Shown here: in pieces, positions 10,640-25,176 of the stretch
Layout: every line of letters begins with the position of its first letter
Position numbering within the stretch: position 1 is the first letter of the stretch
Origin: Auanema rhodensis
Taxonomy: Eukaryota > Animalia > Nematoda
Reading direction: 5' to 3'
Assembly: GCA_964057225.1 (NCBI GenBank)
Contig: OZ059899.1
Location: forward strand, 9,548,001-9,612,000
DNA length: 64,000 nucleotides
Notes under the pieces: model-generated
Told to the model about the DNA's origin: nothing
The model's input: the letters and a program-made list of their open reading frames with translations, nothing else
The model's database searches: none
Made by a program: the position numbers and the translations under genes

Positions 10640-11574
10640 TTTCACTTGTCATTCATAAAAATCGAATTTATTTTTTTCAATGATTTTTTTTTGCAATGTG
10701 TCATAAGAATTACACAGTTGAACAAAACGTTTTTTAAGAATTTTCTTTGTTGTCAACATATATATTTTCCTGGAATTCGAAAGCATTTGGGATGGAAATT
10801 AGAAAGAAAAGAACCAGTTTTTCCTACTTTAAAACAAACAATAAGAAATAAAATGAAAAAGATTGTTAGATATCCAATTTAAACTTATACATTTACTTCG
10901 ATAAAGAGCCTATTAGATTGAAATTTTATGTCTTACAGTTCTCCAACAGAACAGACTGATCCTGATTTCTCTATGATTACATAAAACTCCCGTTTGATAT
11001 AAAAAAAGGAGAGGAATAACGTTTCCAGGATGTCAAGGATATCGAATCTAGTGATATTGTAGAGAAATGTAATGTCAGCTCCATAGGTTTTCTCTTAATT
11101 TCTCTCATCACAATTGTCTTAGTTTTTTTTCTCATAAGAGTTTCTGAAATCTTAGGTGAACAAGGCCGTATATAATTTCCTGGAATTCGAAAGCATTCGG
11201 GATGGAATTTAGAAAGAAAAGAACTAGTTTTTCCTACTTTAAAACAAACAATAAGAAATAAAATGAAAAAGATTGTTAGATATCCAATTTAAACTTATAC
11301 ATTTACTTCGATAAAGAGCCTGTTAGTTTGAAATTTTATGTCTTACAGTTCTCCAACAGAACAGACTGATCCTGATTTTTCTACGATTACATAAAACTCT
11401 CGTTTGATATAAAAAAAGGAGAGGAATAACGTTTCCAGGATGTCAATGATATCGAATCTAGTGATATTGTAGAAAAATGTAATGTCAGCTCCATAGGTTT
11501 TCTCCTAATTTCTCTCATCACAATTGTCTTAGTTTTTTTTTCTCATAAGAGTTTCTGAAATCTTTGTTGAACAA

Positions 11575-11647
11575 GGCGGCGTGGAGCAATGGATAACGCG
11601 TCTGCCTACGGAGCAGAAGATTGTAGGTTCGAATCCTGCCGTGGTCG
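11575..11647 (+). pseudogene. variant tRNA-Arg(ACG), acceptor and D-stem mismatches
   Basis: GGCGGCGTGGAGCAATGG (C4G, C11A). Confidence 0.7.
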
Positions 11648-12185
11648 TAAATTTTTTTCATTTCACTTGTCATTCATAAAAATCGAATTTATTTTTTTCA
11701 ATGATTTTTTTTTGCAATGTGTCATAAGAATTACACAGTTGAACAAAACGTTTTTTAAGAATTTTCTTTGTTGTCAACATATATATTTTCCTGGAATTCG
11801 AAAGCATTTGGGATGGAAATTAGAAAGAAAAGAACTAGTTTTTCCTACTTTAAAACAAACAATAAGAAATAAAATGAAAAAGATTGTTAGATATCCAATT
11901 TAAACTTATACATTTACTTCGATAAAGAGCCTATTAGATTGAAATTTTATGTCTTACAGTTCTCCAACAGAACAGACTGATCCTGATTTTTCTACGATTA
12001 CATAAAACTCTCGTTTGATATAAAAAAAGGAGAGGAATAACGTTTCCAGGATGTCAAGGATATCGAATCTAGTGATATTGTAGAAAAATGTAATGTCAGC
12101 TCCATAGGTTTTCTCCTAATTTCTCTCATCACAATTGTCTTAGTTTTTTTTTCTCATAAGAGTTTCTGAAATCTTTGTTGAACAA

Positions 12186-12258
12186 GGCCGCGTGGCGCAA
12201 TGGATAACGCGTCTGCCTACGGAGCAGAAGATTGTAGGTTCGAATCCTGCCGTGGTCG
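12186..12258 (+). tRNA. tRNA-Arg(ACG)
   Basis: 73-nt cloverleaf GGCCGCG..TCTGC CTACGGA GCAGA..GGTTCGAATCC..CGTGGTCG followed by T7. Confidence 0.95.
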
Positions 12259-12738
12259 TAAATTTTTTTCATTTCACTTGTCATTCATAAAAATCGAATT
12301 TTTTTTTTTCAATGATTTTTTTTTGCAATGTGTCATAAGAATTACACAGTTGAACAAAACGTTTTTTAAGAATTTTCTTTGTTGTCAACATATATATTTT
12401 CCTGGAATTCGAAAGCATTTGGGATGGAAATTAGAAAGAAAAGAACTAGTTTTTCCTACTTTAAAACAAACAATAAGAAATAAAATGAAAAAGATGTTAG
12501 ATATCCAATTTAAACTTATACATTTACTTCGATAAAGAGCCTATTAGATTGAAATTTTATGTCTTACAGTTCTCCAACAGAACAGACTGATCCTGATTTT
12601 TCTACGATTACATAAAACTCTCGTTTGATATAAAAAAAGGAGAGGAATAACGTTTCCAGGATGTCAAGGATATCGAATCTAGTGATATTGTAGAAAAATG
12701 TAATGTCAGCTCCATAGGTTTTCTCCTAATTTCTCTCA

Positions 12739-14013
12739 CGTTCCATGGTGGTTCCCCAGGGTTCCGGCTGGGTAACCACATGGAATTATTTTCTTTTCTT
12801 CCAAATATAAATGATAAAGAGTATAGAGAGAAAGGTTTATTTATGATAAAGTATACAAATTACAATAATAAAAGTTACATAATGATTCCTAGTCGCAGCC
12901 CAAAGGACTCGTAAGGAAACCTTATATAGTATTCCTTACGAGCATAAAAAGTGGTTATATCAGGTCCGTGGAACTTGGTTCCGCTTGAATTGGGCTTTCT
13001 TTGATTAAACTTAATATGAAAAAGTGTTCGTTCATTGTTGCATTGAATTCCTGTTTCTCAAATGTAGCGTCAGCTATTTGTTTTTATAATGTTCCGTTTT
13101 ATAAGCGATTGACGTTGTCAATCGCTCTACTTATAGGACACGTATGGAACATGCCTAATATCGAAAAAGTAGCTGACCTCAGCTACATCGAGAAAGTGAA
13201 ATTCCATGCAAATGTGAAAGTTGTATGAAATGTTTCAAAAAAAAAATAAAAGAATACTGATAATACAGAACAATTTTATGAGAAAAAATAAAGGAAAACA
13301 ATGTAATTACAAAATAATATATCATATATCATACTGGGAATCTTTCAAAAGTTCTTTTTAGTCTTCTTCATAATACTGGTGTATCTCTGGTAATGGTGAT
13401 GATCCTAGGTCGTGGAGAAGATCCATAGTCTTGTTGCATAAATCCGTTTTTCTTTCCATTTCTTCCTTAGTGGTTGCTGGTGATGCCAGGAATATTTGTA
13501 GAGCATTTATAATGCTTTTTCTTGCCTCTGTGGATGGCAGTTCGCTGCAATGTTGCAGGCTCCATTCTTGATAGGCCGAATGGGTCTCGGCAATAATCCA
13601 GTTTGGTGTCTGCTGTTCTGGTGAATCGCAACTAGGTGAATAACCTAGTTGGTCCCTTAGTTCAGCAATGGCATGATAAAGAGTATAGAGAGAAAGGTTT
13701 ATTTATGATAAAGTATACAAATTACAATAATAAAAGTTACATAATGATTCCTAATCGCAGCCCAAAGGACTCGTAAGGAAACCTTATATAGTATTCCTTA
13801 CGAGCATAAAAAGTGGTTATATCAGGTCCGTGGAACTTGGTTCCGCTTGAATTGGGCTTTCTTTGATTAAACTTAATATGAAAAAGTGTTCGTTCATTGT
13901 TGCATTGAATTCCTGTTTCTCAAATGTAGCGTCAGCTATTTGTTTTTATAATGTTCCGTTTTATAAGCGATTGACGTTGTCAATCGCTCTACTTATAGGA
14001 CACGTATGGAACA
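12739..14013 (-). mobile_element. second copy of the 1275-bp deleted LTR element with 4-bp TSD CTCA
   Basis: TTCTCTCA|CGTTCCATGG...TATGGAACA|CTCATCAC. The empty array unit reads TTCTCTCATCAC. Confidence 0.9.
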
Positions 14014-14074
14014 CTCATCACAATTGTCTTAGTTTTTTTTTCTCATAAGAGTTTCTGAAATCTTTGTTGAACAA

Positions 14075-14147
14075 GGCCGCGTGGCGCAATGGATAACGCG
14101 TCTGCCTACGGAGCAGAAGACTGTATGTTCGAATCCTGCCGTGGTCA
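14075..14147 (+). pseudogene. degenerate tRNA-Arg(ACG), duplicate of 10567
   Basis: Same lesions, offset 3508. Confidence 0.8.
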
Positions 14148-15082
14148 TTTCACTTGTCATTCATAAAAATCGAATTTATTTTTTTCAATGATTTTTTTTT
14201 GCAATGTGTCATAAGAATTACACAGTTGAACAAAACGTTTTTTAAGAATTTTCTTTGTTGTCAACATATATATTTTCCTGGAATTCGAAAGCATTTGGGA
14301 TGGAAATTAGAAAGAAAAGAACCAGTTTTTCCTACTTTAAAACAAACAATAAGAAATAAAATGAAAAAGATTGTTAGATATCCAATTTAAACTTATACAT
14401 TTACTTCGATAAAGAGCCTATTAGATTGAAATTTTATGTCTTACAGTTCTCCAACAGAACAGACTGATCCTGATTTCTCTATGATTACATAAAACTCCCG
14501 TTTGATATAAAAAAAGGAGAGGAATAACGTTTCCAGGATGTCAAGGATATCGAATCTAGTGATATTGTAGAGAAATGTAATGTCAGCTCCATAGGTTTTC
14601 TCTTAATTTCTCTCATCACAATTGTCTTAGTTTTTTTTCTCATAAGAGTTTCTGAAATCTTAGGTGAACAAGGCCGTATATAATTTCCTGGAATTCGAAA
14701 GCATTCGGGATGGAATTTAGAAAGAAAAGAACTAGTTTTTCCTACTTTAAAACAAACAATAAGAAATAAAATGAAAAAGATTGTTAGATATCCAATTTAA
14801 ACTTATACATTTACTTCGATAAAGAGCCTGTTAGTTTGAAATTTTATGTCTTACAGTTCTCCAACAGAACAGACTGATCCTGATTTTTCTACGATTACAT
14901 AAAACTCTCGTTTGATATAAAAAAAGGAGAGGAATAACGTTTCCAGGATGTCAATGATATCGAATCTAGTGATATTGTAGAAAAATGTAATGTCAGCTCC
15001 ATAGGTTTTCTCCTAATTTCTCTCATCACAATTGTCTTAGTTTTTTTTTCTCATAAGAGTTTCTGAAATCTTTGTTGAACAA

Positions 15083-15155
15083 GGCGGCGTGGAGCAATGG
15101 ATAACGCGTCTGCCTACGGAGCAGAAGATTGTAGGTTCGAATCCTGCCGTGGTCG
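15083..15155 (+). pseudogene. variant tRNA-Arg(ACG), duplicate of 11575
   Basis: C4G, C11A. Confidence 0.7.
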
Positions 15156-15693
15156 TAAATTTTTTTCATTTCACTTGTCATTCATAAAAATCGAATTTAT
15201 TTTTTTCAATGATTTTTTTTTGCAATGTGTCATAAGAATTACACAGTTGAACAAAACGTTTTTTAAGAATTTTCTTTGTTGTCAACATATATATTTTCCT
15301 GGAATTCGAAAGCATTTGGGATGGAAATTAGAAAGAAAAGAACTAGTTTTTCCTACTTTAAAACAAACAATAAGAAATAAAATGAAAAAGATTGTTAGAT
15401 ATCCAATTTAAACTTATACATTTACTTCGATAAAGAGCCTATTAGATTGAAATTTTATGTCTTACAGTTCTCCAACAGAACAGACTGATCCTGATTTTTC
15501 TACGATTACATAAAACTCTCGTTTGATATAAAAAAAGGAGAGGAATAACGTTTCCAGGATGTCAAGGATATCGAATCTAGTGATATTGTAGAAAAATGTA
15601 ATGTCAGCTCCATAGGTTTTCTCCTAATTTCTCTCATCACAATTGTCTTAGTTTTTTTTTCTCATAAGAGTTTCTGAAATCTTTGTTGAACAA

Positions 15694-15766
15694 GGCCGCG
15701 TGGCGCAATGGATAACGCGTCTGCCTACGGAGCAGAAGATTGTAGGTTCGAATCCTGCCGTGGTCG
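15694..15766 (+). tRNA. tRNA-Arg(ACG)
   Basis: Consensus copy. Confidence 0.95.
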
Positions 15767-18700
15767 TAAATTTTTTTCATTTCACTTGTCATTCATAAAA
15801 ATCGAATTTTTTTTTTTCAATGATTTTTTTTTGCAATGTGTCATAAGAATTACACAGTTGAACGAAACGTTTTTTAAGAATTTTCTTTGTTGTCAACATA
15901 TATATTTTCCTGGAATTCGAAAGCATTTGGGATGGAAATTAGAAAGAAAAGAACTAGTTTTTCCTACTTTAAAACAAACAATAAGAAATAAAATGAAAAA
16001 GATTGTTAGATATCCAATTTAAACTTATACATTTACTTCGATAAAGAGCCTATTAGATTGAAATTTTATGTCTTACAGTTCTCCAACAGAACAGACTGAT
16101 CCTGATTTCTCTATGATTACATAAAACTCCCGTTTGATATAAAAAAAGGAGAAGAATAACGTTTCCAGGATGTCAAGGATATCGAATCTAGTGATATTGT
16201 AGAGAAATGTAATGTCAGCTCCATAGGTTTTCTCTTAATTTCTCTCATCACAATTGTCTTAGTTTTTTTTCTCATAAGAGTTTCTGAAATCTTAGGTGAA
16301 CAAGGCCGTATATAATTTCCTGGAATTCGAAAGCATTCGGGATGGAATTTAGAAAGAAAAGAACTAGTTTTTCCTACTTTAAAACAAACAATAAGAAATA
16401 AAATGAAAAAGATTGTTAGATATCCAATTTAAACTTATACATTTACTTCGATAAAGAGCCTGTTAGTTTGAAATTTTATGTCTTACAGTTCTCCAACAGA
16501 ACAGACTGATCCTGATTTTTCTACGATTACATAAAACTCTCGTTTGATATAAAAAAAGAAGAGGAATAACGTTTCCAGGATGTCAAGGATATCGAATCTA
16601 GTGATATTGTAGAAACATGTAATGTCAGCTCCATAGGTTTTCTCCTAATTTCTCTCATCACAATTGTCTTAGTTTTTTTTCTCCTAAGAGTTTCTGAAAT
16701 CTTAGGTGAACAAGGCCGTATATAATTTCCTGGAATTCGAAAGCATTTGGGATGGAATTTAGAAAGAAAAGAACTAGTTTTTCCTACTTTAAAACAAACA
16801 ATAAGAAATAAAATGAAAAAGATTGTTAGATATCCAATTTAAACTTATACATTTACTTCGATAAAGAGCCTATTAGATTGAAATTTTATGTCTTACAGTT
16901 CTCCAACAGAACAGACTGATCCTGATTTCTCTATGATTACATAAAACTCCCGTTTGATATTAAAAAAGGAGAGGAATAACGTTTCCAGGATGTCAAGGAT
17001 ATCGAATCTAGTGATATTGTAGAGAAATGTAATGTCAGCTCCATAGGTTTTCTCTTAATTTCTCTCATCACAATTGTCTTAGTTTTTTTTCTCATAAGAG
17101 TTTCTGAAATCTTAGGTGAACAAGGCCGTATATAATTTCCTGTAATTCGAAAGCATTTGGGATGGAATTTAGAAAGAAAAGAACTAGTTTTTCCTACTTT
17201 AAAACAAACAATAAGAAATAAAATGAAAAAGATTGTTAGATATCCAATTTAAACTTATACATTTACTTCGATGAAGAGCCTGTTAGTTTGAAATTTTATG
17301 TCTTACAGTTCTCCAACAGAACAGACTGATCCTGATTTCTCTATGATTACATAAAACTCCCGTTTGATATAAAAAAAGGAGAGGAATAACGTTTCCAGGA
17401 TGTCAAGGATATCGAATCTAGTGATATTGTAGAGAAATGTAATGTCAGCTCCATAGGTTTTCTCTTAATTTCTCTCATCACAATTGTCTTAGTTTTTTTT
17501 CTCATAAGAGTTTCTGAAATCTTAGGTGAACAAGGCCGTATATAATTTCCTGTAATTCGAAAGCATTTGGGATGGAATTTAGAAAGAAAAGAACTAGTTT
17601 TTCCTACTTTAAAACAAACAATAAGAAATAAAATGAAAAAGATTGTTAGATATCCAATTTAAACTTATACATTTACTTCGATGAAGAGCCTGTTAGTTTG
17701 AAATTTTATGTCTTACAGTTCTCCAACAGAACAGACTGATCCTGATTTTTCTACGATTACATGAAACTCTCCTTTGATGAAAAAAAAAGAGAGGAATAAC
17801 GTTTCCAGGATGTCAAGGATATCGAATCTAGTGATATTGTAGAAACATGTAATGTCAGCTCCATAGGTTTTCTCCTAATTTCTCTCATCACAATTGTCTT
17901 AGTTTTTTTTCTCCTAAGAGTTTCTGAAATCTTAGGTGAACAAGGCCGTATATAATTTCCTGGAATTCGAAAGCATTTGGGATGGAATTTAGAAAGAAAA
18001 GAACTAGTTTTTCCTACTTTAAAACAAACAATAAGAAATAAAATGAAAAAGATTGTTAGATATCCAATTTAAACTTATACATTTACTTCGATAAAGAGCC
18101 TATTAGATTGAAATTTTATGTCTTACAGTTCTCCAACAGAACAGACTGATCCTGATTTCTCTATGATTACATAAAACTCCCGTTTGATATTAAAAAAGGA
18201 GAGGAATAACGTTTCCAGGATGTCAAGGATATCGAATCTAGTGATATTGTAGAGAAATGTAATGTCAGCTCCATAGGTTTTCTCTTAATTTCTCTCATCA
18301 CAATTGTCTTAGTTTTTTTTCTCATAAGAGTTTCTGAAATCTTAGGTGAACAAGGCCGTATATAATTTCCTGTAATTCGAAAGCATTTGGGATGGAATTT
18401 AGAAAGAAAAGAACTAGTTTTTCCTACTTTAAAACAAACAATAAGAAATAAAATGAAAAAGATTGTTAGATATCCAATTTAAACTTATACATTTACTTCG
18501 ATGAAGAGCCTGTTAGTTTGAAATTTTATGTCTTACAGTTCTCCAACAGAACAGACTGATCCTGATTTCTCTATGATTACATAAAACTCCCGTTTGATAT
18601 AAAAAAAGGAGAGGAATAACGTTTCCAGGATGTCAAGGATATCGAATCTAGTGATATTGTAGAGAAAAGTAATGTCAGCTCCATAGGTTTTCTCTTAATT

Positions 18701-19174
18701 TCTCTCATCACAATTGTCTTAGTTTTTTTTCTCATAAGAGTTTCTGAAATCTTAGGTGAACAAGGCCGTATATAATTTCCTGTAATTCGAAAGCATTTGG
18801 GATGGAATTTAGAAAGAAAAGAACTAGTTTTTCCTACTTTAAAACAAACAATAAGAAATAAAATGAAAAAGATTGTTAGATATCCAATTTAAACTTATAC
18901 ATTTACTTCGATGAAGAGCCTGTTAGTTTGAAATTTTATGTCTTACAGTTCTCCAACAGAACAGACTGATCCTGATTTTTCTACGATTACATAAAACTCT
19001 CGTTTGATATAAAAAAAAGAGAGGAATAACGTTTCCAGGATGTCAAGGATATCGAATCTAGTGATATTGTAGAAAAATGTAATGTCAGCTCCATAGGTTT
19101 TCTCCTAATTTCTCTCATCACAATTGTCTTAGTTTTTTTTTCTCATAAGAGTTTCTGAAATCTTAGTTGAACAA

Positions 19175-19247
19175 GGCCGCGTGGCGCAATGGATAACGCG
19201 TCTGCCTACGGAGCAGAAGATTGTAGGTTCGAATCCTGCCGTGGTCG
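19175..19247 (+). tRNA. tRNA-Arg(ACG)
   Basis: Consensus copy. Confidence 0.95.
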
Positions 19248-21014
19248 TAAATTTTTTTCATTTCACTTGTCATTCATAAAAATCGAAATTATTTTTTTCA
19301 ATGATTTTTTTTTGCAATGTGTCATAAGAATTACACAGTTGAACAAAACGTTTTTTAAAAATTTTCTTTGTTGTCAACATATATATTTTGCTGGAATTCG
19401 AAAGCATTTGGGATGGAAATTAGAAAGAAAAGAACTAGTTTTTCCTACTTCAAAACAAACAATAAGAAATAAAATGAAAAAGATTGTTAGATATCCAATT
19501 TAAACTTATACATTTACTTCGATAAAGAGCCTATTAGATTGAAATTTTATGTCTTACAGTTCTCCAACAGAACAGACTGATCCTGATTTCTCTATGATTA
19601 CATAAAACTCCCGTTTGATATAAAAAAAGGAGAGGAATAACGTTTCCAGGATGTCAAGGATATCGAATCTAGTGATATTGTAGAGAAATGTAATGTCAGC
19701 TCCATAGGTTTTCTCTTGATTTCTCTCATCACAATTGTCTTAGTTTTTTTTCTCATAAGAGTTTCTGAAATCTTAGGTGAACAAGGCCGTATATATTTTG
19801 CTGGAATTCGAAAGCATTTGGGATGGAAATTAGGACGAAAAGAACTAGTTTTTCCTACTTTAAAACAAACAATAAGAAATAAAATGAAAAAGATTGTTAG
19901 ATATCCAATTTAAACTTATACATTTACTTCGATAAAGAGCCTATTAGATTGAAATTTTATGTCTTACAGTTCTCCAACAGAACAGACTGATCCTGATTTC
20001 TCTATGATTACATAAAACTCCCGTTTGATATAAAAAAAGGAGAGGAATAACGTTTCCAGGATGTCAAGGATATCGAATCTAGTGATATTGTAGAGAAATG
20101 TAATGTCAGCTCCATAGGTTTTCTCTTAATTTCTCTTATCACAATTGTCTTAGTTTTTTTTCTCATAAGAGTTTCTGAAATCTTAGGTGAACAAGGCCGT
20201 ATATATTTTGCTGGAATTCGAAAGCATTTGGGATGGAAATTAGAAAGAAAAGAACTAGTTTTTCCTACTTTAAAACAAACAATAAGAAATAAAATGAAAA
20301 AGATTGTTGATATCCAATTTAAACTTATACATTTATTTCGATAAAGAGCCTATTAGATTGAAATTTTATGTCTTACAGTTCTCCAACAGAACAGACTGAT
20401 CCTGATTTTTCTACGATTACATAAAACTCTCGTTTGATATAAAAAAAGAAGAGGAACAACGTTTCCGGGATGTCAAGGATATCGACTCTAGTGATATTGT
20501 AGAAAAATGTAATGTCAGCTCCATAGGTTTTCTCCTAATTTCTCTCATCACAATTGTCTTAGTTTTTTTTCTCATAAGAGTTTCTGAAATCTTAGGTGAA
20601 CAAGGCCGTATATAATTTCCTGGAATTCGAAAGCATTTGGGATGGAATTTAGAAAGAAAAAAACTAGTTTTTCCTACTTTAAAACAAACAATAAGAAATA
20701 AAATGAAAAGGATTGTTAGATATCCAATTTAAACTTATACATTTACTTCGATAAAGAGCCTGTTAGTTTGAAATTTTATGTCTTACAGTTCTCCAACAGA
20801 ACAGACTGATCCTGATTTTTCTACGATTACATAAAACTCTCGTTTGATATAAAAAAAGGAGAGGAATAACGTTTCCAGGATGTCAAGGATATCGAATCTA
20901 GTGATATTGTAGAAAAATGTAATGTCAGCTCCATAGGTTTTCTCCTAATTTCTCTCATCACAATTGTCTTAGTTTTTTTTTCTCATAAGAGTTTCTGAAA
21001 TCTTTGTTGAACAA

Positions 21015-21087
21015 GGCCGCGTGGCGCAATGGATAACGCGTCTGCCTACGGAGCAGAAGATTGTAGGTTCGAATCCTGCCGTGGTCG
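21015..21087 (+). tRNA. tRNA-Arg(ACG)
   Basis: Consensus copy. Confidence 0.95.
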
Positions 21088-22853
21088 TAAATTTTTTTCA
21101 TTTCACTTGTCATTCATAAAAAGCGAATTTTTTTTTTCAATGATTTTTTTTTGCAATGTGTCATAAGAATTACACAGTTGAACAAAACGTTTTTTAAGAA
21201 TTTTTTTTGTTGTCAACATATATATTTTCCTGGAATTCGAAAGCATTTGGGATGGAAATTAGAAAGAAAAGAACTAGTTTTTCCTACTTTAAAACAAACA
21301 ATAAGAAATAAAATGAAAAAGATTGTTAGATATCCAATTTAAACTTATACATTTACTTCGATAAAGAGCCTATTAGATTGAAATTTTATGTCTTACAGTT
21401 CTCCAACAGAACAGACTGATCCTGATTTCTCTATGATTACATAAAACTCCCGTTTGATATAAAAAAAGGAGAGGAATAACGTTTCCAGGATGTCAAGGAT
21501 ATCGAATCTAGTGATATTGTAGAGAAATGTAATGTCAGCTCCATAGGTTTTCTCTTAATTTCTCTTATCACAATTGTCTTAGTTTTTTTTCTCATAAGAG
21601 TTTCTGAAATCTTAGGTGAACAAGGCCGTATATATTTTGCTGGAATTCGAAAGCATTTGGGATGGAAATTAGAAAGAAAAGAACTAGTTTTTCCTACTTT
21701 AAAACAAACAATAAGAAATAAAATGAAAAAGATTGTTAGATATCCAATTTAAACTTATACATTTACTTCGATAAAGAGCCTATTAGATTGAAATTTTATG
21801 TCTTACAGTTCTCCAACAGAACAGACTGATCCTGATTTCTCTATGATTACATAAAACTCCCGTTTGATATAAAAAAAGGAGAGGAATAACGTTTCCAGGA
21901 TGTCAAGGATATCGAATCTAGTGATATTGTAGAGAAATGTAATGTCAGCTCCATAGGTTTTCTCTTAATTTCTCTCATCACAATTGTCTTAGTTTTTTTT
22001 CTCATAAGAGTTTCTGAAATCTTAGGTGAACAAGGCCGTATATATTTTGCTGGAATTCGAAAGCATTTGGGATGGAAATTAGAAAGAAAAGAACTAGTTT
22101 TTCCTACTTTAAAACAAACAATAAGAAATAAAATGAAAAAGGTTGTTGATATCCAATTTAAACTTATACATTTATTTCGATAAAGAGCCTATTAGATTGA
22201 AATTTTATGTCTTACAGTTCTCCAACAGAACAGACTGATCCTGATTTTTCTACGATTACATAAAACTCTCGTTTGATATAAAAAAAGAAGAGGAACAACG
22301 TTTCCAGGATGTCAAGGATATCGACTCTAGTGATATTGTAGAAAAATGTAATGTCAGCTCCATAGGTTTTCTCCTAATTTCTCTCATCACAATTGTCTTA
22401 GTTTTTTTTCTCATAAGAGTTTCTGAAATCTTAGGTGAACAAGGCCGTATATAATTTCCTGGAATTCGAAAGCATTTGGGATGGAATTTAGAAAGAAAAA
22501 AACTAGTTTTTCCTACTTTAAAACAAACAATAAGAAATAAAATGAAAAGGATTGTTAGATATCCAATTTAAACTTATACATTTACTTCGATAAAGAGCCT
22601 GTTAGTTTGAAATTTTATGTCTTACAGTTCTCCAACAGAACAGACTGATCCTGATTTTTCTACGATTACATAAAACTCTCGTTTGATATAAAAAAAGGAG
22701 AGGAATAACGTTTCCAGGATGTCAAGGATATCGAATCTAGTGATATTGTAGAAAAATGTAATGTCAGCTCCATAGGTTTTCTCCTAATTTCTCTCATCAC
22801 AATTGTCTTAGTTTTTTTTTCTCATAAGAGTTTCTGAAATCTTTGTTGAACAA

Positions 22854-22926
22854 GGCCGCGTGGCGCAATGGATAACGCGTCTGCCTACGGAGCAGAAGAT
22901 TGTAGGTTCGAATCCTGCCGTGGTCG
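22854..22926 (+). tRNA. tRNA-Arg(ACG)
   Basis: Consensus copy. Confidence 0.95.
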
Positions 22927-25103
22927 TAAATTTTTTTCATTTCACTTGTCATTCATAAAAATCGAATTTTTTTTTTTCAATGATTTTTTTTTGCAATGTG
23001 TCATAAGAATTACACAGTTGAACAAAACGTTTTTTAAGAATTTTTTTTGTTGTCAACATATATATTTTCCTGGAATTCGAAAGCATTTGGGATGGAAATT
23101 AGAAAGAAAAGAACTAGTTTTTCCTACTTTAAAACAAACAATAAGAAATAAAATGAAAAAGATTGTTAGATATCCAATTTAAACTTATACATTTACTTCG
23201 ATAAAGAGCCTATTAGATTGAAATTTTATGTCTTACAGTTCTCCAACAGAACAGACTGATCCTGATTTCTCTATGATTACATAAAACTCCCGTTTGATAT
23301 AAAAAAAGGAGAGGAATAACGTTTCCAGGATGTCAAGGATATCGAATCTAGTGATATTGTAGAGAAATGTAATGTCAGCTCCATAGGTTTTCTCTTAATT
23401 TCTCTTATCACAATTGTCTTAGTTTTTTTTCTCATAAGAGTTTCTGAAATCTTAGGTGAACAAGGCCGTATATATTTTGCTGGAATTCGAAAGCATTTGG
23501 GATGGAAATTAGAAAGAAAAGAACTAGTTTTTCCTACTTTAAAAGAAACAATAAGAAATAAAATGAAAAAGATTGTTAGATATCCAATTTAAACTTATAC
23601 ATTTACTTCGATAAAGAGCCTATTAGATTGAAATTTTATGTCTTACAGTTCTCCAACAGAACAGACTGATCCTGATTTTTCTACGATTACATAAAACTCT
23701 CGTTTGATATAAAAAAAGGAGAGGAACAACGTTTCCAGGATGTCAAGGATATCGAATCTAGTGATATTGTAGAAAAATGTAATGTCAGCTCCATAGGTTT
23801 TCTCCTAATTTCTCTCATCACAATTGTCTTAGTTTTTTTTCTCATAAGAGTTTCTGAAATCTTAGGTGAACAAGGCCGTATATAATTTCCTGGAATTCGA
23901 AAGCATGTGGGATGAAATTTAGAAAGAAAAGAACTAGTTTTTCCTACTTTAAAACAAACAATAAGAAATAAAATGAAAAAGATTGTTAGATATCCAATTT
24001 AAACTTATACATTTACTTCGATAAAGAGCCTATTAGATTGAAATTTTATGTCTTACAGTTCTCCAACAGAACAGACTGATCCTGATTTCTCTATGATTAC
24101 ATAAAACTCCCGTTTGATATAAAAAAAGGAGAGGAATAACGTTTCCAGGATGTCAAGGATATCGAATCTAGTGATATTGTAGAGAAATGTAATGTCAGCT
24201 CCATAGGTTTTCTCTTAATTTCTCTCATCACAATTGTCTTAGTTTTTTTTCTCATAAGAGTTTCTGAAATCTTAGGTGAACAAGGCCGTATATATTTTGC
24301 TGGAATTCGAAAGCATTTGGGATGGAAATTAGAAAGAAAAGAACTAGTTTTTCCTACTTTAAAACAAACAATAAGAAATAAAATGAAAAAGATTGTTGAT
24401 ATCCAATTTAAACTTATACATTTATTTCGATAAAGAGCCTATTAGATTGAAATTTTATGTCTTACAGTTCTCCAACAGAACAGACTGATCCTGATTTTTC
24501 TACGATTACATAAAACTCTCGTTTGATATAAAAAAAGAAGAGGAACAACGTTTCCAGGATGTCAAGGATATCGACTCTAGTGATATTGTAGAAAAATGTA
24601 ATGTCAGCTCCATAGGTTTTCTCCAAATTTCTCTCATCACAATTGTCTTAGTTTTTTTTCTCATAAGAGTTTCTGAAATCTTAGGTGAACAAGGCCGTAT
24701 ATAATTTCCTGGAATTCGAAAGCATTTGGGATGGAATTTAGAAAGAAAAAAACTAATTTTTCCTACTTTAAAACAAACAATAAGAAATAAAATGAAAAGG
24801 ATTGTTAGATATCCAATTTAAACTTATACATTTACTTCGATAAAGAGCCTGTTAGTTTGAAATTTTATGTCTTACAGTTCTCCAACAGAACAGACTGATC
24901 CTGATTTTTCTACGATTACATAAAACTCTCGTTTGATATAAAAAAAGGAGAGGAATAACGTTTCCAGGATGTCAAGGATATCGAATCTAGTGATATTGTA
25001 GAAAAATGTAATGTCAGCTCCATAGGTTTTCTCCTAATTTCTCTCATCACAATTGTCTTAGTTTTTTTTTCTCATAAGAGTTTCTGAAATCTTTGTTGAA
25101 CAA

Positions 25104-25176
25104 GGCCGCGTGGCGCAATGGATAACGCGTCTGCCTACGGAGCAGAAGATTGTAGGTTCGAATCCTGCCGTGGTCG
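25104..25176 (+). tRNA. tRNA-Arg(ACG)
   Basis: Consensus copy. Confidence 0.95.

Noticed and set aside
12186-12258. tRNA-derived SINE interpretation of the units
   Set aside because: The tRNAs are intact with an immediate oligo-T terminator, have no tail or TSD, and are in head-to-tail tandem arrangement.
9493-14048. ORFs MIKLNMKKCSF... (four copies)
   Set aside because: They lie antisense inside the LTR, start at TTG and have junction-dependent C-termini.
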